A DNA stretch of 64,000 nt from an uncultured Verrucomicrobiae bacterium (GCA_963837955.1 CAWIPH010000002.1:544001-608000); one strand, 5' to 3'. Counted from the first letter of the stretch, positions 39,010 through 49,633 are shown. Program-made: numbers and translations. The notes: generated by a model from the letters alone, not told the origin.

Positions 39010-39423
39010 ATGGCATCCGAGCTCGCTCTTCCGGTTAGTCTTGATCATTGCGTCATCCATGTTTCGGATTGGGAGAGATCCAATCGTTTCTACTCTGAAG
39101 TGCTCGGTGCCGAACTGATTTCCAGGAACGGACGAACAGCTTATCGATTTGGGACAATCCAACTGAATGTACACGGGCCAGGTGCCTCAGCTGGACCGCT
39201 CGCTAAGATACCGGTGCCACCCGGAGGTAGTGATCTTTGCTTTGTCTGGGAAGGACCGATTGCAGCCGCTGTCGAACACCTCGTCGCTCAAGGCGTTTCG
39301 GTCGAGACTGGCCCTGTCGCGAGGAACGGAGCTCAAGGAGCGGGAACGTCTGTCTATTTTCGTGATCCCGACGGCTCGCTTCTTGAGTTCATTTCGTATT
39401 CGGACGCCCGACCGAGGGATTAA
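39010..39423 (+). CDS. VOC family protein
   Basis: LDHCVI, PGGSDLCF, GPVARNGA, SVYFRDPDGSLLEF. Confidence 0.92.
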   Translation: MASELALPVSLDHCVIHVSDWERSNRFYSEVLGAELISRNGRTAYRFGTIQLNVHGPGASAGPLAKIPVPPGGSDLCFVWEGPIAAAVEHLVAQGVSVETGPVARNGAQGAGTSVYFRDPDGSLLEFISYSDARPRD

Positions 39424-39474
39424 GAGTTTGCTCCGGGGTGTCATCCAGGTCATTTTCGATAGGCGAAACCCTGG

Positions 39475-39696
39475 GTGACGCACGCCATCCAGTTTGGGCC
39501 ATTTGGGTTGGATGGTTCGAGCACGGACTGGACTGAAGCCGGGCGCGGTGAGATTCGCCTCGATGATCGGGCCAGGTTTTGGTTACATCATGCGTGGCTG
39601 TTCCCAATCCATTGTGATAGATCGGAAATTGCGTTGAGTGACTCAGAAGACGGTGGGGGCGAGGATCTCTCCGTTCCTTCGGTTATAACGAAGTAA
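39475..39696 (+). CDS. Small hypothetical protein
   Basis: Fills the gap between co-oriented genes; no family. Confidence 0.3.
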   Translation: MTHAIQFGPFGLDGSSTDWTEAGRGEIRLDDRARFWLHHAWLFPIHCDRSEIALSDSEDGGGEDLSVPSVITK

Positions 39697-39756
39697 GACC
39701 GATGCAGAATCAGAATTGAATGTTTCCCTCGAAAACAGTTACGTTTCCTTATCTTT

Positions 39757-40872
39757 TTGATGAGCGATCATCCGCACTCCTCACGCTCCGATAGTTTTCG
39801 GAGGCTCCTTTCTGCAGCTCTGACGTTTGGAATCATCATTGCGGTTTTCTACATCTTGAGCATCGGGAGGGACTTTTTCGTTCCTTTGGTCGTCGCATTT
39901 CTTGCCGTTTACTTGGTCGATATTCTCAGTCGATTGGTGGGCCGAATTCGTTTGGCCGGACACCAGATTCCTAAGATCGTCTCTGTGATTATCTCCTTTG
40001 CTATCATCTTTGGGCTCGGATTTGTGTTAGTGGCGATTATTGCAAACAACGCTGTTCACATCGCCGCGGTGGCGCCTCGCTACCAGGTGCGACTCCAGCA
40101 ACTTCAGACCGAAATCTTCGCGAAGTTCGGAGTAGAAGAGCCGCCGGAGCTGGCGGCAATTTTGCGAACCTTGGATTTGCGAGGCATCTTTAGCGCCGTC
40201 GCCAAATCGGTCGCGAGTTTACTAGAGGGCGTAACTCTTGTGGTGATTTATGGCCTCTTCATTCTGCTGGAGTCGAGGTTCTTGCCTGCCAAGTTGGCCG
40301 CAATCTTTCCGGACCACCTTCAGCGGAAAACAGTGCTGCACACAATCCAGCGCATCGACCGCGACATTCACACCTACCTGGGAGTCAAGACGGCGGTGAG
40401 TCTCGCCAGCGCAATTCTAGCTTATATCTTAATGCGGCTGGTCGGGCTGGATTTCGCCGAATTCTGGGCGCTGCTGATTTTCGTTCTACATTTCATTCCG
40501 ACAATTGGCGTTATCGCGGCAACCATTTGTCCAACTTTACTGGCTGCTGTTCAGTTTAATAGCCTGGGACCCTGCTTGGTCGTCGGAGTTGGAATTACCG
40601 CGATAGCCCAGTTAATGGGCAACATCGTCGAACCGAACGTAATGGGAGAAACGCTTAACTTAAGCCCGCTAACCGTCATCATAGCGCTCATTCTGTGGGG
40701 AACTGTCTGGGGGGTACTGGGAGCGTTTCTCTGTGTGCCTTTGACAGTGATTTTTGTCATCGTCATGTCAAATTTCAAATCAACACGCTGGATCTCAATT
40801 CTCCTTTCTAAGACTGGCAAGCTGCACCCGGGCGATCCGCCGATCGAAGCAAATGAGACTACCTTGCTATAG
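39757..40872 (+). CDS. AI-2E family transporter
   Basis: TM pattern, FIPTIG, EPNVMGETLNLSPL, GAFLCVPLT. Confidence 0.92.
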   Translation: MMSDHPHSSRSDSFRRLLSAALTFGIIIAVFYILSIGRDFFVPLVVAFLAVYLVDILSRLVGRIRLAGHQIPKIVSVIISFAIIFGLGFVLVAIIANNAVHIAAVAPRYQVRLQQLQTEIFAKFGVEEPPELAAILRTLDLRGIFSAVAKSVASLLEGVTLVVIYGLFILLESRFLPAKLAAIFPDHLQRKTVLHTIQRIDRDIHTYLGVKTAVSLASAILAYILMRLVGLDFAEFWALLIFVLHFIPTIGVIAATICPTLLAAVQFNSLGPCLVVGVGITAIAQLMGNIVEPNVMGETLNLSPLTVIIALILWGTVWGVLGAFLCVPLTVIFVIVMSNFKSTRWISILLSKTGKLHPGDPPIEANETTLL

Positions 40873-41086
40873 GGCGATCTGACGTTTCCAGCTCCTGAGT
40901 CATCCCACGTTCTCAGTTCGAATGTGGAAATTGAGTGACTACAGATTCGAACTAAGTTACGCCTATCTACAACATGTAGTGAAAATGTATCGTTATTTGC
41001 TGTGGCTAGCCTGAAACATGTTTGATCTTTTTGATTATTCAGCAAATTCGATTCTTGTTGTTCCGCAATCCCACCCGCTAGCACCT

Positions 41087-42367
41087 ATGAGGCGAAGAGC
41101 AGCAGAAAACGGTTTCACGGGGCAACTCGATAATTTCGCACTCCTAGACATTATTCAGATGGGCTGTCTGGCGCAGCGCGATGGGCGACTTTCGATTCGT
41201 AACGGTAGGCGGCGTGGAGAAGTGATACTCGCGCGAGGAAGAATAGTTCACGCCGCGACAGAGAGCCAGGTCGGCGAGGACGCTTTACTGGAAATCTTGA
41301 GTTGGGAGAAAGGTGAATTCCAATTCGCATCCACGGATTTTAGCGGCCCCTCTGATACTACGATTAGGGGAGGATGGGAGCGGGTTCTCATGGACGCAGT
41401 CCGCAAGCGCGACGAACTTAAGTCTGTTGGCTCTTACCAATCGAGAGATCGGGCTTTGCCGACCGATCGAAATTTTGCCGAAGGTCTCCTAATCCGCATC
41501 GAGAAGGAGCAAAGGCGAATCAAAAGGAGCCGCGACCTAAAGCGCATTTATTGGGCGGGGTTGTTACTAGTTGCCGCTTCCGTCGCGATTTACGTTGCGT
41601 CTATCGAGCATCAACGACTCACCAAATTTGGGAACAATTTGAGGACAGGTATTGCCGGACTAGTGGGAACACACTCTCGATGGCAGCGCCGAAAGGCGGA
41701 GCAGATAGCGATTCCTGCGGGCGAATTTATTTACCAAAACGGGGAGCGACTTAGGTCAGACCCATTCGTGATTGACAGTACGGAGGTGACGATATGGGAT
41801 TACGCGGATTTCTTGAAAGCGACAGGCGCGGATGGGCGTTTTGACCATCCATACCAAAGACCGCACAAAGGGCATTCTAACCAAGACTGGGAAAGCTACT
41901 CGCGCGCAGCATTTTCGGGTCAGATTTACCATGGTGTCCGGCTAAATCCCAATTTCCCAGCGGTTTACGTAGACTGGTTCGATGCGTACGCGTTTGCCAG
42001 ATGGAAGAGTCGCCGACTGCCAACGGAGCAGGAGTGGGAGAAAGCCGGACGCGGAGCCGACGGACGACGATATCCTTGGGGAGCGGATCTGATTGCCAAT
42101 GCGGCTAACCTGCTTGGCGCGCTCCAGGCCGGACCGAGCTGGACTGAAGTAGGTGCTTGGAAGCGCGATTGCAGCCCCTACGGAGTCTACGATATGGCTG
42201 GGAACGTCTCAGAATGGACAGCAAGCGACGATGGCCAAGGCAATCCAGTCGTTCGCGGCGGAAATTTCCGATCGGATAGTGGCGAGCTCACGCGCAGAAT
42301 TCTGCATCTTTCCCCGGAGACCAAAGACGAGCGAATCGGATTTCGGACCGTTCGCGACGGAGAGTAA
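41087..42367 (+). CDS. DUF4388 (PatA N-like) - TM - FGE-sulfatase domain fusion protein
   Basis: FTGQLDNFALLDIIQM...GRIVHA...GEDALLEILSWEKGEFQF; TM; RRLPTEQEWEKAGRG, YPWG, DMAGNVSEW, IGFR. Confidence 0.88.
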   Translation: MRRRAAENGFTGQLDNFALLDIIQMGCLAQRDGRLSIRNGRRRGEVILARGRIVHAATESQVGEDALLEILSWEKGEFQFASTDFSGPSDTTIRGGWERVLMDAVRKRDELKSVGSYQSRDRALPTDRNFAEGLLIRIEKEQRRIKRSRDLKRIYWAGLLLVAASVAIYVASIEHQRLTKFGNNLRTGIAGLVGTHSRWQRRKAEQIAIPAGEFIYQNGERLRSDPFVIDSTEVTIWDYADFLKATGADGRFDHPYQRPHKGHSNQDWESYSRAAFSGQIYHGVRLNPNFPAVYVDWFDAYAFARWKSRRLPTEQEWEKAGRGADGRRYPWGADLIANAANLLGALQAGPSWTEVGAWKRDCSPYGVYDMAGNVSEWTASDDGQGNPVVRGGNFRSDSGELTRRILHLSPETKDERIGFRTVRDGE

Positions 42368-42471
42368 GAAAATAGTATAGATTCGGCGTAAAGCAGACAT
42401 TTCCTAAACGAAGGAAATTGGATCATAAAAACATTCGACGGAAGCGTTAGGATATAGATAATTTTTGATTG

Positions 42472-43098
42472 ATGTCCTTCATTAACTTCGTAAAAGGGGA
42501 GGTGGAGTTCAAGATTGTCTACTACGGTTGTGCGCTTGGTGGTAAGACGTCTTCCTTGGGCTACATTCACGAGCGAGTCGACGCCCAAGATAGAGGGAAT
42601 CTGATATTGTTGCCCACGCAGAACGATCGGACGCTTTTCTTCGATTTTTTGCCCGTTGATGGTGGGACGATCAAAGGGTTTAAAGTACGATTCAAACTTT
42701 GGACGGTCCCCGGGCAAGTCATGTACAATGCCACACGCCAACTCGTTCTCCGGGGTGTGGATGGAATCGTCTTCGTGGTTGACTCGCAGTGGGACCGGAT
42801 GGAGGCGAATATGGAGAGCCTTAGAAACCTCGAAGACAATCTTGCCGGACTGGAGTTAGGCCCAGATAAGGTAAGTTTTGCCTTCTTTTACAATAAGCGT
42901 GATTTACCAGAAGAAAGCACAGCCCCAGTCGAGGCGATCGACCTGCTCTTCCGACGCAAAATCGAAAAGACCAAGCGGTTCGCGGGAGATTGCATCAGCG
43001 GCAAGCACGTGTTCAACGCGTTAAATCAAGTAACGCAGAACGTCTTGCGTGAATTCTTGGTGAAAGATGATCTAGAGAACTATGAGGCCTACCGCTAA
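42472..43098 (+). CDS. mglA: MglA-family small GTPase
   Basis: KIVYYG..LGGKT, RTLFFDFLP, TVPGQVMYNATRQLVLRGVDGIVFVVDS, YNKRDL. Confidence 0.9.
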   Translation: MSFINFVKGEVEFKIVYYGCALGGKTSSLGYIHERVDAQDRGNLILLPTQNDRTLFFDFLPVDGGTIKGFKVRFKLWTVPGQVMYNATRQLVLRGVDGIVFVVDSQWDRMEANMESLRNLEDNLAGLELGPDKVSFAFFYNKRDLPEESTAPVEAIDLLFRRKIEKTKRFAGDCISGKHVFNALNQVTQNVLREFLVKDDLENYEAYR

Positions 43099-43477
43099 TA
43101 CCAAGAAGCGACGCTTGGTTTTGCTGTCTACGACCAAGGGTTTTTCCTTGGTCGAGATCTTGGTAGTATTAGCGATCATCGCGATCGCTGCGGGTTTCAT
43201 TACCCTTTCGATTTTGAACGCGCTGAAGCAACAGAATAGTCGGATGTGTCTGACGAACATGCTGACAATTGAAGCTGCTAAAGATGAATTTGCGCGAGAC
43301 CATCCCGGCTCAACTTCGATACCGAGCGTTACGGACTTTGCGCCGTACTTTCGCTTTGGCATACCCCGCTGCCCGAATAACCAGGGGACCGACTATAATA
43401 GCTTGTTGGATCTAAAGAACCCAGTGAGTTGCTCCGTGCATCCAGAGAACACTGCGAAGTTGAGTTCCGGAAAGTGA
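43082..43477 (+). CDS. Prepilin-type (type IV pilin/pseudopilin) protein
   Basis: KG-FSLVEILVVLAIIAI class III signal; C-terminal CP...CSVH. Confidence 0.88.
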   Translation: MRPTANTKKRRLVLLSTTKGFSLVEILVVLAIIAIAAGFITLSILNALKQQNSRMCLTNMLTIEAAKDEFARDHPGSTSIPSVTDFAPYFRFGIPRCPNNQGTDYNSLLDLKNPVSCSVHPENTAKLSSGK

Positions 43478-44529
43478 ACAGTGCATTGACCGCCGTGCTG
43501 CAACGTTGGAAGACCGTTATCGACTTTGTCCGGAGACACGAAGTCAGTGACGTTTCGCTATTCCGAAACAATGTTTCAGCCCGATTGGAAGGACAAATTG
43601 TGTCTTTGACCGAGCCAGGGGCGCTGTCGGACGAGGATGTTCAACTAATGATCGGCGAATTGGTTAAAGATTTGCCAGCCCTGGGTAAACAGTTATTGGC
43701 AGGCCAAAAATCGGTCGATTTCACAACAGCGCTCCACTCTAAGCGGTTTAGGGTTAACATTGCTCTCGCGCAAGGTCAGCTTTTCGCGTCGCTGCGCCCG
43801 CTTCCTGACGCGCCGCCGGAGCCGAAAGATGTAGGTCTTACCGGCCAAATAATAAAACTCGTAACCTCACTGAATGACGGGTTAATCCTGATTTCGGGTC
43901 CAACTGGTTCCGGAAAAACGACGACCATTGCTTCCTTGATCGAAGCGATCAACCAAGCGCGTCAACATAAGATTGTGACCATTGAGGATCCGATCGAATT
44001 CGTTTTCTCCGGGAAGCAGTCTGAAATCATTCAACGCGAGGTTGGCGTCGACGTGGAGTCATACTCGACAGGGTTGCGAGAGGCTCTCAGACAAAACCCG
44101 GATGTGATCGTCGTCGGCGAAATTCGCGATACCGAAACTGCGACGGTTGCTCTCCAAGCGGCAGAGACCGGACATTTGGTGATTGGATCATTGCACGCGA
44201 GAAGCGTAGTGGAAACGGTTACTCGTTTCGTGTTGTTAGCCCCTGATAAAAGCTCGGCAGAAGTTAGGTACGTTTTTGGAACGGCTATGCGTCTGATTGC
44301 GAATCAACGGCTCTTGCGCAAAAGGCAGGGTGGGCGAGTCGCTGTCCGCGAAATCTGCGTCCATGCGCCCAAGGTTGAGTCGGTGATTTTGTCGGGCAAT
44401 GAGCAGGAATTGGAGAATTACATGTTAAGCGGCAGAGACTTGGGAATGATCGACTTCCAAACCGCGCTCCGGCAGGTCCAGGGCCAATTAGCACCTATAG
44501 ATTTCCAAACCAACTCAAAGGCTCGCTGA
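43474..44529 (+). CDS. pilT: PilT/PilU family ATPase (VirB11 superfamily)
   Basis: RFRVN, GPTGSGKTTT, TIEDPIE, ALRQNPDVIVVGEIRD, AETGHLVIGSLH; GTGA overlap with the pilin. Confidence 0.85.
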   Translation: MNSALTAVLQRWKTVIDFVRRHEVSDVSLFRNNVSARLEGQIVSLTEPGALSDEDVQLMIGELVKDLPALGKQLLAGQKSVDFTTALHSKRFRVNIALAQGQLFASLRPLPDAPPEPKDVGLTGQIIKLVTSLNDGLILISGPTGSGKTTTIASLIEAINQARQHKIVTIEDPIEFVFSGKQSEIIQREVGVDVESYSTGLREALRQNPDVIVVGEIRDTETATVALQAAETGHLVIGSLHARSVVETVTRFVLLAPDKSSAEVRYVFGTAMRLIANQRLLRKRQGGRVAVREICVHAPKVESVILSGNEQELENYMLSGRDLGMIDFQTALRQVQGQLAPIDFQTNSKAR

Positions 44530-44531
44530 GT

Positions 44532-45335
44532 CTATTCCTTCTGTGAAGTGGGTTCGAAGGCTTGTAATTCCGCGAATACGTACCCGATGAAAATATCTGC
44601 TTCGACCCGCAGCGGAATGCGGAACTCATCGTCCGAAATCCATCCGCGCCCGCTCCGGAAGCGTTTGTAGGTCTTGAGCTGCAAATGTTGGTCGATCGAT
44701 TTAAAATTTAGATTGATCTTGATCGCGTTGTGATCCGTGTCGCCTATCCGGATCTTTTCCCGTCCCACGACTTCAAAGGTGGCCAGGTAAGCGGCGTTGT
44801 TTGCGTAAACCACCATCACTTCCTTCTCGCCATCCGTCAGTGGTTGACTGCGCAACCAAAAGTATGCGGTCTCAAAACTGAATACCGGCGCAAATTCTAG
44901 TGTTCGTGTTTTGGGAGGTTCTTTGGCAGGGGTGATATCCCGAGTACTCGTGGTTCCCTTGGAAGTAAAATCGATGGTCGTTTTGATATCTTGCGACGCA
45001 TATTTCTCGGTCTGGACGATACGCGATGGCAAAAGAGTCGACCGATGCGAGAGGCATTCATGGTCCAGATCTAAAGGGAAGAGGGCGCGAACCAATCCGA
45101 CTGTGCCGCCGTTCGCTTTGGTTCTGACCAGGTCTCCGTGGTTAGTCAGACGAACCTCCGCTTCCGCAGCCGTGATGCCGCTCCAACCAAAGCGATAGGT
45201 GAGGTGACTGTTTGGTGGAAAGCCCAGAGATCCAGGTCCTTTAGCGGTAGTTACCGAATCAGCCCAGGGAGGTGTGTCCGCTCCCCAACTAACCGACAAG
45301 AAAATAAGGAAGAAAAATGGAAGGGTAATCTTCAT
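44532..45335 (-). CDS. DUF3108 domain secreted protein
   Basis: YRFGWSG, WISDDEFRIPLRVEADIFIG; ATGA coupling to batE. Confidence 0.75.
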   Translation of the reverse strand: MKITLPFFFLIFLSVSWGADTPPWADSVTTAKGPGSLGFPPNSHLTYRFGWSGITAAEAEVRLTNHGDLVRTKANGGTVGLVRALFPLDLDHECLSHRSTLLPSRIVQTEKYASQDIKTTIDFTSKGTTSTRDITPAKEPPKTRTLEFAPVFSFETAYFWLRSQPLTDGEKEVMVVYANNAAYLATFEVVGREKIRIGDTDHNAIKINLNFKSIDQHLQLKTYKRFRSGRGWISDDEFRIPLRVEADIFIGYVFAELQAFEPTSQKE

Positions 45336-46081
45336 TTGGGTATGATGCGCTCGACGCTCTGGGTGGGAATCCAACCGCTCAAACCGCTGCCTAAACGACA
45401 TAGCGTCCAGTCACCGCGCTCCGCTATCAACTGTAACTCCTGGCCTGCGCCAGCCGTTACCATGGTGCGCGCACTAGCACCCGGACCATACCGAACATCC
45501 GCGCTCTGGTCGACGACCACCGCCAGACTCCGATCTTTCAGCCCGTCGCCGACCCAAAACGTCAGACCAACACTCAAAAGAAAGAGGGGAGCAACCACCA
45601 GTAATCCGTTCCTTCCCCAAGCCCGAAATCGCTGGCTGCTAGTCCATACTAACGCCGCCAGCGCCGTTAACCAAAAGAGGATGGCGGTGCTGACAGGCCA
45701 AAAATCGGACCGCAATGTTAACCAACGATAAATTGAATGCTCATCCCCGGCGCCGGTTGAGCGCAGGACAGAATCGAGATTCTGTTGAGCGGCGCTAAAA
45801 CCCGGGTCCAGGATCAATGAACGACGGAAATTGAGTATTGCTCGTCCTGGTTCGCCCTGCTTCAACCATATATTGCCGAGATTGAAAAAAAGCTCCGGAG
45901 CGATTACCCCGTTAGAAATTAACTGTAGGTAATTGGCTCTGGCTTCATCATACTTTCCGTCCCGGTAAGTTTGATTCGCTTGCTGCAAAGTAACCGATTC
46001 GTTTGCATAGATGACACCGTGCGCCAGGAAAACCCAGGCGCCCACCCCCATCAGCAAACCTTTTATGGCGCCTTTTCCCAT
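45332..46081 (-). CDS. batE: BatE-like TPR + SH3 protein
   Basis: FNLGN TPR, TM pair, GWIP SH3 end. Confidence 0.8.
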   Translation of the reverse strand: MGKGAIKGLLMGVGAWVFLAHGVIYANESVTLQQANQTYRDGKYDEARANYLQLISNGVIAPELFFNLGNIWLKQGEPGRAILNFRRSLILDPGFSAAQQNLDSVLRSTGAGDEHSIYRWLTLRSDFWPVSTAILFWLTALAALVWTSSQRFRAWGRNGLLVVAPLFLLSVGLTFWVGDGLKDRSLAVVVDQSADVRYGPGASARTMVTAGAGQELQLIAERGDWTLCRLGSGLSGWIPTQSVERIIPK

Positions 46082-47817
46082 GCCTCGATCAAATCCTTGA
46101 TTTCTGTGCGCTCGATTGGCGAGAGCGTATACGTTTGGTGAGCGTACACACAGTTTTCCCGTTTCTCGATCATCCGAGCTAATGCGTTTCGGAGATCATC
46201 TGGTACCCGCTTTCGTTGTAAGGCTTCTTCGACAGTGATGTGGCGAAGCTCCCCTTTGGCTCGCACCAATTGATCAAGCTGGATGAGACGGACCGCAGCG
46301 GAGAGTGCTACGTCGGCTTGGGGAGAATCAAGTTTGCGGCGCTGGGAGCGCCGATCGGCTAAGAGCCCTCGCAGTGGGGCTGTTCTTCGGGATCGCTGCA
46401 GTGCCCAATACCCGAAACCCAGAGCAGCCAGGATTCCGGCCGGAACGAGCTGAATAAGCCAGAACCACGAATTTCGCCAGACAGGCTCGAAAGAGCCCTT
46501 CGTCTGACTTTTACTTACGAAGTCGATCAAGCCCGAAGCTGGGGTAGGCGAAGGACTCGTTTGCTGTGATGAAGCGTTCGCAGTCTGTTGAGCGGTGGGC
46601 TCCGGAATTTGCTGGCCCTCAACACTGATCTCTTTTGGGTCGAGCTCCAGGCTTACATATTTCTCCTGTTCCGGATCAAAATACGAGAAGCTCGCTCCAG
46701 GCGATTCACGGACCGGCCCGTTGGCCACTAGCGGAAAATGGAAGGTCTTCACCGCGTTCAAGCCAATGTCATCTTGCGCCTCAATCTCGGACGTGACCTG
46801 GTGCACATGCCAAACTGGTTTCGCCGCCAGCACCGGCGCCTGGACTCGATCAAAGTTCCCGTTCCCGGAAATTTGGATTCGCAGATCGAGCGGATCACCA
46901 ACGTTGGCGTGGAGTGGCTGAATCGACCCTGTCATCGTAAATGATCCGATTGCTCCACTGAAGTTGGCCGGACGGCCGTCCGTGGGTAAGGCCTTGATCT
47001 GCAGCGTAGCGCTGTTGGTGGCAATGGATACTTCTTTCCGTTCGTATCCGCTGAACCCATTGCCGAAAGGTGACTGATCAAAATCATCATCGAATCCGGG
47101 CGGAGCGTTCCGCAGAACGGGAACATGCAGCAGGAATTCCTGGGACGCGGAATGAAGATCGAGCTGTCCGGCTTGCACCCCGGTAACAGCTGTCTTGTAG
47201 ATCAGCACGCGGTACCAACGGCCGTTCACTTGCACCTCTTTTTCAGCCGGATCCGGATACTTCGCCGTCACAAAACCGTCCCCATCAATGATTGGGAGCT
47301 GGCCTTGCGGATAGGGCTGGTACCAGATCCGCCGATCAAAATAAAATCTCAGTTCCACCGGGACCGGTTCCCCGACGTAGGCGGAATCTTTTGGAACCAC
47401 CAATTCACCGAAATACGATTTGTTTGATTCTGTTGGCTTGGCCGGCTCCTCTTTAACCACCGCGAGAGTTAAAGGCGACGTCTGAAGCTCTCGGCCGTTG
47501 AGGTTCAGCTTGATAGGCGGAATCGAGAACGTTCCCTCCCGTTGCGGAGTGACCACGTAGATGAAATTAACGCTGAACGAGATCTCGCCATTCAACGTCT
47601 GCACCCGCGTCGACTGGCTCGCAAATTGGACGGAAAGGCCTTCCACCGAAATGTTTGGAGGCTCTGCGGCGCGCGCGTTGCGGACTTCGACTTCCAATTG
47701 GACAGGGTGGGCAACGGTCGTGTGGTCGCTGGACAAATTGGCTTGGACTTTCGGTTCGCCGGGATCACTCCTCCCGACCACGCAAAGCATTATCAGCCAA
47801 GCTAGTTGCAGGTTCAT
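46063..47817 (-). CDS. batD: BatD family protein
   Basis: GTFSIPP, AYVGEPV, FSGAIG, GNGN, FSYFDP. Confidence 0.88.
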   Translation of the reverse strand: MNLQLAWLIMLCVVGRSDPGEPKVQANLSSDHTTVAHPVQLEVEVRNARAAEPPNISVEGLSVQFASQSTRVQTLNGEISFSVNFIYVVTPQREGTFSIPPIKLNLNGRELQTSPLTLAVVKEEPAKPTESNKSYFGELVVPKDSAYVGEPVPVELRFYFDRRIWYQPYPQGQLPIIDGDGFVTAKYPDPAEKEVQVNGRWYRVLIYKTAVTGVQAGQLDLHSASQEFLLHVPVLRNAPPGFDDDFDQSPFGNGFSGYERKEVSIATNSATLQIKALPTDGRPANFSGAIGSFTMTGSIQPLHANVGDPLDLRIQISGNGNFDRVQAPVLAAKPVWHVHQVTSEIEAQDDIGLNAVKTFHFPLVANGPVRESPGASFSYFDPEQEKYVSLELDPKEISVEGQQIPEPTAQQTANASSQQTSPSPTPASGLIDFVSKSQTKGSFEPVWRNSWFWLIQLVPAGILAALGFGYWALQRSRRTAPLRGLLADRRSQRRKLDSPQADVALSAAVRLIQLDQLVRAKGELRHITVEEALQRKRVPDDLRNALARMIEKRENCVYAHQTYTLSPIERTEIKDLIEAWEKAP

Positions 47818-47818
47818 T

Positions 47819-49633
47819 TTACCAATCCTTGAGCACCGGGCGATCGGTCTTCTTGCGGCGAGACAGATCAACGTGATCCTCGTCGTCGCGGAACGAATCC
47901 AGCAGTCCGTTTGCTTCTTCGGGAGTCATCCTTTGTCCATTCGGAAGCTGAGCTCCCGGTCTCTCTTTCGCTGAGTCGCTCGGCTCGATCGAGCGCAAGT
48001 CTCCCTGCTTCTTCTTTTCTGGTCCCGCATCGGTGTCCGGAGCAGGCGTCCGACCTGACCCGGAACGGTTTTGAGCAGATGGATCGGACCCTCGATTTGG
48101 CTGTTGTCCGCTGTCACCCGGCGATTGTCCTTGGCCAGACGGAGATCCGTTTGACTGCTGTTTCCCGCTCGAACTTCGCGTTCCACCTTGCTGCTGCTTT
48201 CGCTTCTTCAGTTCTTCGATCCGCCGCTTTACCACGGCCAAATTCCGCTTGGCCGCTTCGTCGTTGGGATCGATAGCCAGAGCTTGCTCGTAAAGATATT
48301 TCGCGTCTTGGTAATTGGTCAGCTGCCGTTCGACATCTTCCTGCGAGTCGCCCTCCTTGCAGAGCGCATTGCCGCTATTGTAGTAGGCTCTTTCGCGAAC
48401 ATCCGGATTCGAACTTCGCAGTGCTTCGGAAAAATTTTCAAATGCCTGATCGTATTTTCCGATCCGATAGGCGGCAGTTCCGGCATTGAAGTTGAGCAAT
48501 GGATCATGCGGCGAGTGCTCGAGTTCCTGTTGCCATTGCTGGAGCGCTGCGCTGTAATCTCCCTGTTTGTACAGATCAAAAGCGCTCGCCGCTTCGGCCG
48601 GCGGGGCGACGCCGAAGCTGAGAATGAGCAGCGATGCCACGGCGGCTTTTTGGAGCCGCTGTCGGTCGCTCAGAATCGAGGAGATAATCAACAACAATAA
48701 TCCTAAGACAACAGGCATCTGGTAGCGTTCGATAGGAGTACGAAAAGTGCGCCCACCTAGGCTCGAGTCACCCAGACGATTGATTCCATCCCGGACCAAT
48801 CGCAAAACCGTATCCGGACCCAAATGCAGATAAAAGCCGCCGGTGATTTGAGCGATCGCCTTCAGTCGGGCCTCGTCTAGTCTGGTCTTCACGACCTTTC
48901 CGGTACTGTCCCGGAGCAGCTGTCCGTTTGGCAACGGGATCGCTGCTCCGTCCGATGATCCGACTCCGACCGTAAAAATGCGAATCCCGCTCTTGGAAGC
49001 ACGTTGAGCCTCGGCTACGCCATCCTCGTCTAATTCTTCGCCGTCTGTAATCAACACCAAAGCCTTGTAGCTTTCGCCGTTGCGGCCGAGGATCAATTCC
49101 CCGGCTCGGATGGCAGCAGCGATATCGGTACCACCCCGCGCGACGGTACTGGTATTGAGTTCATTGATTGTGGCAATCACCGTGTCGTAATCAATCGTCA
49201 GCGGAGCCTCGACTTGGGCATCCCCGGCGAATGCCAGCAATCCAAAGCGATCTCCTGGCATTGACTCGATCAGATCTTCAGCAGCTAGCTTGGCTCGGGC
49301 CAGCCTGCTCGGCACCACGTCGGTGCTCAGCATGCTTTTCGAAGTGTCTATTGCCAGAAGGATATCGCGCCCTCGAAAATTTTGGACCTCCTGAATTTCT
49401 CCCCATTGCGGCTGGGCCAGCGCGACAACGAAGCAAGCCAAGGCTGCCAGAAAAAGAAAGCGCCTCCAGCGACGGAGGCGTTTGTCCACCGGGTCGGTCA
49501 GAGAAGGCAGTAGCCGGGAAGCAACAATTCGTTCGAGGCGTTTGCGCACGAGTTGGTCGCCCTGGCGCATGAGAACGATGACAATTGGAACCAGAACCAG
49601 GAGCAGCAGTGCCAGCGGTCGTCCGAAACTCAT
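47819..49633 (-). CDS. batB: BatB(+BatC) vWA-TPR fusion protein
   Basis: DTSKSM MIDAS, PLTIDY, ITDGE; C-terminal TPRs, Gln/Ser-rich linker, KDW end. Confidence 0.88.
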   Translation of the reverse strand: MSFGRPLALLLLVLVPIVIVLMRQGDQLVRKRLERIVASRLLPSLTDPVDKRLRRWRRFLFLAALACFVVALAQPQWGEIQEVQNFRGRDILLAIDTSKSMLSTDVVPSRLARAKLAAEDLIESMPGDRFGLLAFAGDAQVEAPLTIDYDTVIATINELNTSTVARGGTDIAAAIRAGELILGRNGESYKALVLITDGEELDEDGVAEAQRASKSGIRIFTVGVGSSDGAAIPLPNGQLLRDSTGKVVKTRLDEARLKAIAQITGGFYLHLGPDTVLRLVRDGINRLGDSSLGGRTFRTPIERYQMPVVLGLLLLIISSILSDRQRLQKAAVASLLILSFGVAPPAEAASAFDLYKQGDYSAALQQWQQELEHSPHDPLLNFNAGTAAYRIGKYDQAFENFSEALRSSNPDVRERAYYNSGNALCKEGDSQEDVERQLTNYQDAKYLYEQALAIDPNDEAAKRNLAVVKRRIEELKKRKQQQGGTRSSSGKQQSNGSPSGQGQSPGDSGQQPNRGSDPSAQNRSGSGRTPAPDTDAGPEKKKQGDLRSIEPSDSAKERPGAQLPNGQRMTPEEANGLLDSFRDDEDHVDLSRRKKTDRPVLKDW

